Positions 53,601 through 64,000 of a stretch of 64,000 nucleotides of DNA are shown here, in pieces. Within the stretch, counting starts at the first letter, position 1, and each line of letters opens with the position of its first letter. Below the pieces are notes generated by a model, which saw only the letters and a program-made list of their open reading frames with translations, was not told where the DNA came from and made no database searches. A program made the translations under genes and the position numbers. This DNA comes from Eledone cirrhosa (taxonomy: Eukaryota): positions 163,680,001-163,744,000 of the forward strand of contig OZ024742.1 of the NCBI GenBank assembly GCA_964016885.1. Reading direction: 5' to 3'.

Positions 53601-56600
53601 TATCTCCCCTTGATTTTTTTTACAAATTATCTCCCTCTGATTTTTTTTTTACAAATTATCTCCCCCTGATTTTTTTTTACAAATTATCTACCCCTGATTT
53701 TTTTTTACAAATTATCTCCCCCTGATTTTTTTTACAAATTATCTCCCCCTGATTTTTTTTACAAATTATCTCCCCCTGATTTTTTTACAAATTATCTCCC
53801 CCTGATTTTTTTTACAAATTATCTCCGCCTAATTTTTTTAAATATTATCTTCCCTTGGCTGGCGGGAAATTATCTCCCCTTGGACGGCTGAAAATTATCT
53901 CCCCTTGGACGGCTGGAAATTATCTCCCCTTGATTTTTTTACAAATTATCTCCCCCTGATTATTTTTTACAAATTATCTCCCCCTGATTTTTTTTTACAA
54001 ATTATCTCCCCCTGATTTTTTTTACAAATTATCTCCCCCTGATTTTTTTACAAATTATCTCCCCTTGGCTGGCTGGAAATTATCTCCCCTTGGAGGCTGG
54101 AATTTATCACCCCTTGGACGGTTAGAAATTACCTCTCCTTGGACGGCTGGAAAATATGTCTCCTTGGACGGCTGGAAATTATCTCCCCTTGGACGGCTGG
54201 AAATTATCTCTCCTCGGACGGCTAGAAATTACCTCTCCTTGGACGGCTGAAAATTATCTCCCCTTGGACGGCTGGAAATTATCTCCCCTTGATTTTTTTT
54301 ACAAATTATCTCCGCCTGATTTTTTTAAAAATTATCTTCCCTTGGCTGGCGGGAAATTATCTCCCCTTGGACGGCTGGAAATTATCTCCCCTTGGAAGGA
54401 TGGAAATTATCTCCCCTTGGACGGCTGGAAATTATCTCCCCTTGCACGGCTGGAAATTATCTCCCCTTGGACAGCTGGAAATTATCTGCCCTTGATTTTG
54501 TTTTTACAAATTATCTCCCCCTGATTTTTTTTACAAATTATCTCCACCTGATTTTTTAAAAAATTATCTCCCCTTGGACGGCTGGAAATTATCTCCCCTT
54601 GGACGGCTAGAAATTATCTCTCTTTGGACGGCTGGAAATTATCTCCCTTTGATTTTTTTTACAAATTATCTCCCTCTGATTTTTTTTACAAATTTCCCCC
54701 TGATTTTTTTAAAAAAATTATCTCCCCTTCGCTGGCTGGAAATTATCTCCCCTTGGACACTGGAAATTATAGCCCCTTGGAGGGCTGGAAATTATCTTCC
54801 CTTGAACGGCTGGAAATTATCTCCCCTTGATTTTTTTTACAAATTATCTCCCCATGATTTTTTTTTACAAATTATCTCCCCCTGATTTTTTTTTACAAAT
54901 TATCTCCGCCTGATTTTTTTTTTAAATTATCTCTCCTTGGACGGCTGGAAATTATCTCCCCTTGATTTTTTTTACATATCATCTCCCCCTGATTTTTTTT
55001 TACAAATTATCTCCCCCTGATTTTTTTTTACAAATTATCTACCCCTGATTTTTTTTACAAATTATCTCCACCTGATTTTTTTACAAATTATCTCCCGCTG
55101 ATTTTTTTTACAAATTATCTCCGCCTAATTTTTTTAAATATTATCTCCCCTTGGACGGCTGAAAATTATCTCCCCTTGGACGGCTGGAAATTATCTCCCC
55201 TTGGACGGCTGGAAATTATCTCCCCTTGCACGGCTGGAAATTATCTCTCCTCGGACGGCTAGAAATTACCTCTCCTTGGACGGCTGAAAATTATCTCCCC
55301 TTGGACGGCTGGAAATTATCTCCCCTTGATTTTTTTTACAAATTATCTCCCCCTGATTTTTTTTTACAAATTATCTCCCCCTGATTTTTTTTTACAAATT
55401 ATCTCCCCCTCATTTTTTTTTTAAATTATCCTCCCCTGATTTTTTTACAAATTATCTCCCCTTGGCTGGCTGGAAATTATCTCCCCTTGGAGGCTGGAAT
55501 TTATCTCCCCTTGGACGGCTAGAAATTACCTCGCTTTGGACGGTTGGAAAATATGTCTCCTTGGACGGCTGGAAATTATCTCCCCTTGGACGGCTGGAAA
55601 TTATCTCCCCTTGGACGGCTGGAAATTATCTCCCCTTGGACGGCTAGATATTACCTCCCCTTGGACGGCTGGAAATTATTTCCCCTTGATTTTTTTTACA
55701 AATTATCTCCCCCTGATTTTTTTTTACAAATTATCTCCCCCTGATTTTTTTTACGAATTATCTCCCCCTGATTTTTTTTTACAAATTATCTCCGCCTGAT
55801 TTTTTTTTAAAAATTATCCCCCTTGAACGGCTGGAAATTATCTCCCCTTGGACGGCTGGAAATTATCTCCCCTTGGACGGCTAGAAATTACCTCTCCTTG
55901 GACGGCTGAAAATTATCTCCCATTGGACGGCTGCAAATTATCTCCCCTTGATTTTTTTAACAAATTATCTCCCCCTGATTTTTTTTTACAAATTATCTCC
56001 CCCTGATTTTTTTTTACAAATTATCTACGCCTAATTTTTTTTACAAATTATCTCCCCCTGATTTTTTTTACAAATTATCTCCCCCTGATTTTTTTTACAA
56101 ATTATCTCCCCCTGATTTTTTTTTACAAATTATCTCCCCCTGATTTTTTTACAAATTATCTCCCCCCTGATTTTTTTTACAATCTCCGCCTGATTTTTTT
56201 AAAAATTATCTTCCCTTGGCTGGCGGGAAATTATCTCCCCTTGGACGGCTGGAAATTATATCCCCTTGGAAGGATGGAAATTATCTCCCCTTGGACGGCT
56301 GGAAATTATCTCCCCTTGTACGGCTGGAAATTATCTCCCCTTGGACAGCTGGAAATTATCTGCCCTTGATTTTGTTTTTACAAATTATCTCCCCCTGATT
56401 TTTTTTACAAATTATCTCCACCTGATTTTTTTAAAAATTATCTCCCCTTGGACGGCTGGAAATTATCTCCCCTTGATTTTTTTTACAAATTATCTCCCCC
56501 TGATTTTTTTTTACAAATTATCTCCCCCTGATTTTTTTTTACAAATTATCTTCGCCTGATTTTTTTAAAAAATTATCTCTCCTTGGACGGCTGGATATTA

Positions 56601-59600
56601 TCTCCCCTTTCATTTTTTTTACAAATTATCTCCCCCTGATTTTTTTTTACAAATTATCTACCCCTGATTTTTTTTTACAAATTATCTCCCCCTGATTTTT
56701 TTTACAAATTATCTCCCCCTGATTTTTTTTTTACAAATTATCTCCCCCTGATTTTTTTACAAATTATCTCCCCCTGATTTTTTTTACAAATTATCTCCGC
56801 CTGATTTTTTTAAATATTATCTTGCCTTGGCTGGCGGGAAATAATCTCCCCTTGGACGGCTGAAAATTATCTCCCCTTGGACGGCTGGAAATTATCTCCC
56901 CTTGATTTTTTTTACAAATTATCTCCCCCTAATATTTTTTTACAAATTATCTCCCCCTGATTTTTTTTTACAAATTATCTCCCCCTGATTTTTTTTTACA
57001 AATTATCTCCCCATGATTTTTTTACAAATTATCTCCCCTTGGAGGCTGGAATTAATCTCCCCTTGGACGGCTAGAAATTACCTCTCCTTGGACGGCTGGA
57101 AAATATGTCTCCTTGGACGGCTGGATATTATCTACCCTTGGACGGCTGGAAATTATCTCCCCTTGGACGGCTGGAAATTATCTCCCCTTGGACGGCTAGA
57201 TATTACCTCCCCTTGGACGGCTGGAAATTATCTCGCCTTGATTTTCTTTACAAATTATCTCCCCCTGATTTTTTTTACAAATTATCTCTTCCTGATTTTT
57301 TTAAATATTATCTTCCCTTGGCTGGCGGGAAATTATCTCCCCTTGGACGGCTGAAAATTATCTCCCCTTGGACGGCTGGAAATTATCTCCCCTTGATTTT
57401 TTTTACAAATTATCTCCCCCTGATTATTTTTTACAAATTATCTCTTCCTGATTTTTTTTACAAATTATCTCCCCCTGATTTCTTTTACAAATTATCTCCC
57501 CCTGATCTTTTTACAAATTATCTCCCCTTGGCTGGCTGGAAATTATCTCCCCTTGGAGGCTGGAATTTATCTCCCATTGGACGGCTAGAAATTACCTCTC
57601 CTTGGACGGCTGGAAAATATGTCTCCTTGGACGGCTGGAAATTATCTCCCCTTGGACGGCTGGAAATTATCTCCCCTTGGACGGCTGGAAATTATCTCTC
57701 CTTGGACGGCTAGAAATTACCTCTCCTTGGACGGCTGAAAATTATCTCCCCTTGGACGGCTGGAAATTATCTCCTCTTGATTTTTGTTACAAATTATCTC
57801 CCCCTGATTTTTTTTTACAAATTATCTCCCACTGATTTTTTTTTACAAATTATCTCCCCCTGATATTTTTTACAAATTATCTCCCCCTGATTTTTTTACA
57901 AATTATCTCCCCTTGGCTGGGTGGAAATTATCTCCCCTTGGAGGCTGGAATTTATCTCCCCTTGGACGGCTAGAAATTACCTCTCCTTGGACGGCTAGAA
58001 AATATGTCTCCTTGGACGGCTGGAAATTATCTCCCCTTGGACGGCTGGAAATTATCTCCTCTTGGACGGCTGGAAATTATCTCCCCTTGGGCGGCTAGAT
58101 ATTACCTCCCCTTGGACTACTGGAAATTATCTCCCCTTGATTTTTTTTACCAATTATCTCCCCCTGATTTTTTTTTACAAATTATCTCCCCCTGATTTTT
58201 TTTTACGAATTATCCCCGCCTAATTTTTTTTTATAAATGATCTCCCCATGGACGGCTGGAAATTATCTGCCCTTGGACGGCTGGAAATTATCTCCCCTTG
58301 GACGGCTAGAAATTACCTCTCCTTGGACGGCTGAAAATTATCTCCCCTTGGACGGCTGCAAATTATCTCCCCTTGATTTTTTTAACAAATTATCTCCCCC
58401 TGATTTTTTTTACAAATTATCTCCCCCTGATTTTTTTTACAAATTATCTACGCCTAATTTTTTTTACAAATTATCTCCCCCTGATTTTTTTTTACAAATT
58501 ATCTCCCCCTGATTTTTTTTTACAAATTATCTCCCCCTGATTTTTTTTTTACAAATTATCCCCCCCCTGATTTTTTTTACAATCTCCGCCTGATTTTTTT
58601 AAAAATTATCTTCCCTTGGCTGGCGGGAAATTATCTCCCCTTGGACGGCTGGAAATTATATCCCCTTGGAAGGATGGAAATTATCTCCCCTTGGACGGCT
58701 GGAAATTATCTCCCCTTGGACGGCTGGAAATTATCTCCCCTTGGACAGCTGGAAATTATCTGCCCTTGATTTTGTTTTTACAAATTATCTCCCCCTGATT
58801 TTTTTTACAAATTATCTCCACCTGATTTTTTTAAAAATTATCTCCCCTTGGACGGCAGTAAATTATCTCTCCTTGGCTGGAAATTATCTCCCCTTGGACG
58901 GCTAGAAATTATCTCTATTTGGACGGCTGGAAATTATCTCCCTTTGATTTTTTTTACAAATTATCTCCCTCTGATTTTTTTACAAATCTCCCCCTGATTT
59001 TTTTTTACAAATTATCTCTCCCTGATTTTTTTTTTACAAATTATCTCCGCCTGATTTTTTTTTAAAATTATCTCCCCTTGGACGGCTGGAAATTATCTCC
59101 CCTTGGACGGCTGGAAATTATCTCCCCTTGGACGGCTAGAAATTACCTCTCCTTGGACGACTGAAAATTATCTCCCCTTGGACGGCTGGAAATTATCTCC
59201 CCTTGGACGGCTGGAAATTATCTCCCCTTGGACGGCTGGAAATTATCTCCCCTTGGAGGCTAGAAATTACCTCTCCTTGGACGGCTGAAAATTATCTCCC
59301 CTTGGACGGCTGGAAATTATCTCCCCTTGATTTTTTTACAAATTATCTCCCCCTGATTTTTTTTTACAAATTATCTCCCCCTGATTTTTTTTTACAAATT
59401 ATCTCCCCCTGATTTTTTTTTACAAATTATCACCCCCTGATTTTTATTTACAAATTATCTTCCCCTGATTTTTTTTTACAAATTATCTTCCCTTGGCTGG
59501 CGGGAAATTATCTCCCCTTGGACGGCTGGAAATTATCTACCCTTGCACGGCTGGAAATTATCTCCCCTTAGACGGCTAGAAATTACCTCTCCTTGGACGG

Positions 59601-62600
59601 CTGAAAATTATCTCCCCTTGGACGGCTGGAAATTATCTCCCCTTGGCTGGAAATTATCTCCCCTTGGACGGCTAGAAATTATCTCTCTTTGGACGGCTGG
59701 AAATTATCTCCCCTTGATTTTTATTACAAATTATCTCCCCCTGATTTTTTAAAAAAAAATTATCTCCCCTTCGCTGGCTGGAAATTATCTTCCCTTGGAC
59801 GGCTGGAAATTATCTCCCCTTGATTTTTTTACAAATTATCTCCCCCTGATTTTTTTTACAAATATTCTCCCCCTGATTTTTTTTTACAAATTATCTCCCT
59901 CTGATTTTTTTTTACAAATTATCTCCGCCTGATTTTTTTAAAAAAATTATCTCCCCTTGGACGGCTGGAAATTATCTCCCCTTGGACGGCTGGAAATTAT
60001 CTCCCCTTGGACGGCTAGAAATTACCTCTCCTTGGACGGCTGAAAATTATCTCCCCTTGGACGGCTGCAAATTATCTCCCCTTGATTTTTTTTACAAATT
60101 ATCTCCCCCTGATTTTTTTTTACAAATTATCTCCCCCTGATTTTTTTTACAAATTATCTCCGCCTGATTTTTTTTAAAAAATTATCTCCCCTTGGACGGC
60201 TGGAAATTATCTCCCCTTGGACGGCTAGAAATTATCTCTCTTTGGACGGCTGGAAATTATCTCCCCTTGGACACTGGAAATTATAGCCCCTTGGAGGGCT
60301 GGAAATTATCTTCCCTTGGACGGCTGGAAATTATCTCCCCTTGATTTTGTTTACAAATTATCTCCCCCTGATTTTTTTTTACAAATTATCTCCGCCTGAT
60401 TTTTTTTAAAAATTATCTCTCCTTGGACGGCTGGAAATTATCTCCACTTGATTTTTTTTACAAATTATCTCCCCCTGATTTTTTTTTACAAATTATCTAC
60501 CCCTGATTTTTTTTTACAAATTATCTCCCCCTGATTTTTTTTACAAATTATCTCCCCCTGATTTTTTTTACAAATTATCTCCCCCTGATTTTTTTACAAA
60601 TTATCTCCCCCTGATTTTTTTTACAAATTATCTCCGCCTAATTTTTTTAAATATTATCTCCCCTTGATTTTTTTTACAAATTATCTCCCCCTGATTTTTT
60701 TTTACAAATTATCTCCCCCTGATTTTTTTTTACAAATTATCTTCCCCTGATTTTTTTTTACAAATTATCTCCCCCTGATTTTTTTTACAAATTATCTCCC
60801 CATGATTTTTTTACAAATTATCTCCCCTTGGCTGGCTGGAAATTATCTCCCCTTGGAGGCTGGAATTTATCTCCCCTTGGACGGCTAGAAATTACCTCTC
60901 CTTGGACGGCTGGAAAATATGTCTCCTTGGACGGCTGGATATTATCTACCCTTGGACGGCTGGAAATTATCTCCCCTTGGACGGCTGGAAATTATCTCCC
61001 CTTGGACGGCTAGATATTACCTCCCCTTGGACGGCTGGAAATTATCTCCCCTTGATTTTTTTTACAAATTATCTCCCCCTGATTTTTTTACAAATTATCT
61101 CCCCCTGATTTTTCTACAAATTATCTCCGCCTAATTTTTTTAAATATTATCTTCCCTTGGCTGGCGGGAAATTATCTCCCCTTGGACGGCTGAAAATTAT
61201 CTCCCCTTGGACGGCTGGAAATTATCTCCCCTTGATTTTTTTACAAATTATCTCCCCCTGATTATTTTTTACAAATTATCTCCCCCTGATTTTTTTTACA
61301 AATTATCTCCCCCTGATTTTTTTACAAATTATCTCCCCTTGGCTGGCTGGAAATTATCTCCCCTTGGAGGCTGGAATTTATCACCCCTTGGACGGTTAGA
61401 AATTACCTCTCCTTGGACGGCTGGAAAATATGTCTCCTTGGACGGCTGGAAATTATCTCCCCTTGGACGGCTGGAAATTATCTCCCCTTGGACGGCTGGA
61501 AATTATCTCTCCTCGGACGGCTAGAAATTACCTCTCCTTGGACGGCTGAAAATTATCTCCCAATGGAGGGCTGGAAATTATCTCCCCTTGATTTTTTTTA
61601 CAAATTATCTCCCCCTGATTTTTTTTTACAAATTATCTCCCCCTGATTTTTTTTTACAAATTATCTACCCCTGATTTTTTTTTACAAATTATCTCCCACT
61701 GATTTTTTTTACAAATTATCTCCCCCTGATTTTTTTTTTACAAATTATCTTCGCCTGATTTTTTTAAAAAAATTATCTCCCCTTGGACGGCTGGAAATTA
61801 TCTCCCCTTGGACGGCTGGAAATTATCTCCCCTTGGACGGCTAGAAATTACCTCTACTTGGACGGCTGAAAATTATCTCCCCTTGGACGGCTGCAAATTA
61901 TCTCCCCTTGATTTTTTTTACAAATTATCTCGCCCTGATTTTTTTTTACAAATTATCTCCCCTTGATTTTTTTTCTACAAATTATCTCCCCCTGATTTTT
62001 TTTACAATCTCCGCCTGATTTTTTAAAAAATTACCTTCCCTTGGCTGGCCGGAAATTATCTCCCCTTGGACGGCTGGAAATTATCTCCCCTTGGAAGGAT
62101 GGAAATTATCTCCCCTTGGACGGCTGGAAATTATCTCCCCTTGCACGGCTGGAAATTATGTCCCCTTGGACAGCTGGAAATTATCTGCCCTTGATTTTGT
62201 TTTTACAAATTATCTCCCCCTGATTTTTTTACAAATTATCTCCACCTGATTTTTTAAAAAATTATCTCCCCTTGGACGGCTGGAAATTATCTCCCCTTGG
62301 CTGGAAATTATCTCTCCTTGGACGGCTGGAAATTATCTCCCTTTGATTTTTTTTACAAATTATCTCCCTCTGATTTTTTTTACAAATTTCCCCCTGATTT
62401 AAAAAAAAAAATTATCTCCCCTTCGCTGGCTGGAAATTATCTCCCCTTGGACACTGGAAATTATAGCCCCTTGGAGGGCTGGAAATTATCTTCCCTTGGA
62501 CGGCTGGAAATTATCTCCCCTTGATTTCTTTTACAAATTATCTCCCCCTGATTTTTTTTTACAAATTATCTCCCCCTGATTTTTTTTTACAAATTATCTC

Positions 62601-64000
62601 CGCCTGATTTTTTTTTAAAATTATCTCTCCTTGGACGGCTGGAAATTATCTCCCCTTGATTTTTTTTACAAATTATCTCCCTCTGATTTTTTTTACAAAT
62701 TATCTCCCCCTGATTTTTTTTTACAAATTATCTCCCCCTGATTTTTTTTTAAAAATTATCTCCCCCTGATTTTTTTTACAAATTATCTCCCCCTGATTTT
62801 TTTTACAAATTATCTCCCCCTGATTTTTTTACAAATTATCTCCCCCTGATTTTTTTTACAAATTATCTCCGCCTAATTTTTTTAAATATTATCTTCCCTT
62901 GGCTGGCGGGAAATTATCTCCCCTTGGACGGCTGAAAATTATCTCCCCTTGGACGGCTGGAAATTATCTCCCCTTGATTTTTTTACAAATTATCTCCCCC
63001 TGATTATTTTTTACAAATTATCTCCCCCTGATTTTTTTTTACAAATTATCTCCCCCTGATTTTTTTTACAAATTATCTCCCCCTGATTTTTTTACAAATT
63101 ATCTCCCCTTGGCTGGCTGGAAATTATCTCCCCTTGGTGGCTGGAATTTATCACCCCTTGGACGGTTAGAAATTACCTCTCCTTGGACGGCTGGAAAATA
63201 TGTCTCCTTGGACGGCTGGAAATTATCTCCCCTTGGACGGCTGGAAATTATCTCTCCTCGGACGGCTAGAAATTACCTCTCCTTGGACGGCTGAAAATTA
63301 TCTCCCCTTGGACGGCTGGAAATTATCTCCCCTTGCACGGCTGGAAATTATCTCCCCTTGGACAGCTGGAAATTATCTGCCCTTGATTTTGTTTTTACAA
63401 ATTATCTCCCCCTGATTTTTTTTACAAATTATCTCCACCTGATTTTTTAAAAACTATCTCCCCTTGGACGGCTGGAAATTATCTCCCCTTGGACGGCTAG
63501 AAATTATCTCTCTTTGGACGGCTGGAAATTATCTCCCTTTGATTTTTTTTACAAATTATCTCCCTCTGATTTTTTTTACAAATTTCCACCTGATTTTTTT
63601 AAAAAAATTATCTCCCCTTCGCTGGCTGGAAATTATCTCCCCTTGGACACTGGAAATTATAGCCCCTTGGAGGGCTGGAAATTATCTTCCCTTGGACGGC
63701 TGGAAATTATCTCCCCTTGATTTTTTTTACAAATTATCTCCCCCTGATTTTTTTTTACAAATTATCTCCCCCTGATTTTTTTTTACAAATTATCTCCGCC
63801 TGATTTTTTTTTAAAATTATCTCTCCTTGGATGGCTGGAAATTATCTCCCCTTGATTTTTTTTACATATCATCTCCCCCTGATTTTTTTTACAAATTATC
63901 TCCCCCTGATTTTTTTTTACAAATTATCTACCCCTGATTTTTTTTTACAAATTATCTCCCCCTGATTTTTTTTACAAATTATCTCCCCCTGATTTTTTTA
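41632..64000 (+). repeat. 32,347 bp higher-order unit, copy 2 (truncated by window end; matches about 9285-31653)
   Basis: Constant offset over about 22.4 kb, and the last bases of the window match 31644-31653. No differences were found in spot checks, but the comparison was not exhaustive. Confidence 0.93.
46067..57847 (+). repeat. Pair of about 6.0 and 5.8 kb units inside the second 32,347 bp copy
   Basis: Equivalent to 13720-25500 shifted by 32,347; ORF pairs 46178/52203, 48013/54065, 49619/55462. Confidence 0.85.

Larger units (their letters stand above)
1..64000. repeat. Composite two-monomer satellite array (25 bp type A + 26-29 bp type B, shared core AAATTATCTCCCC), open at both window ends
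   Basis: Every line consists of TTGGACGGCTGGAAATTATCTCCCC or CTGA(T7-10)ACAAATTATCTCCCC or close variants, head-to-tail and in one orientation. I saw no unique sequence. Confidence 0.99.

Noticed and set aside
382-63775. The many short plus-strand ORFs as protein-coding genes
   Set aside because: They are overlapping translations of the same monomers in all three frames, mostly starting at the TTG in the repeat. They are broken by T-run length changes and by TAG/TGA variants, with no frame preservation or recognisable domain.
1-64000. CRISPR array (constant repeat plus spacers)
   Set aside because: The constant part is only about 16 bp and the intervening parts are two recurring 9-13 bp types rather than unique 25-45 bp spacers. 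There is no leader and no cas gene.
1-64000. Telomerase-synthesised long telomeric repeat (as in 23-25 bp budding-yeast telomeres)
   Set aside because: Two monomer types, inherited variants and multi-kb higher-order duplications indicate recombinational amplification, not templated addition. The sequence does not resemble telomere repeats I know.
1-64000. Plasmid iterons, parS array or integron/shufflon recombination sites
   Set aside because: There is no rep, par or recombinase gene and no cargo between sites, and the scale is far beyond known iteron arrays.
1-64000. Entire array as sequencing or basecalling noise
   Set aside because: Rare SNVs and homopolymer lengths recur at consistent offsets with copy-specific differences, which noise would not produce. 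Only the 32 kb duplicate remains open to an assembly explanation.
1-64000. Assignment to a named satellite family or organism
   Set aside because: I do not recognise the consensus and cannot run a database search.

Overview
The whole 64 kb window is one uninterrupted, single-orientation satellite DNA array. I see no credible gene, RNA gene, mobile element or CRISPR array. It is built from two monomer types that share the core AAATTATCTCCCC: type A (25 bp, TTGGACGGCTGGAAATTATCTCCCC, 52% GC) and type B (26-29 bp, CTGA-T7-10-ACAAATTATCTCCCC, about 30% GC). These alternate in short runs of about 1-9 monomers, roughly 2,400 monomers in total by estimate. Variant monomers form a small set of stereotyped cassettes with fixed junction rules. 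The cassettes are stacked into nested higher-order repeats: a 2,078 bp tandem pair, about 5.7-6.05 kb units, an about 15.5-15.8 kb offset duplication, and a 32,347 bp offset duplication whose breakpoint is visible near 41.63 kb. All ORFs in the track are translation artefacts of the repeat. The architecture resembles a eukaryotic centromeric, pericentromeric or subtelomeric satellite, but neither organism nor function can be determined from the sequence alone.
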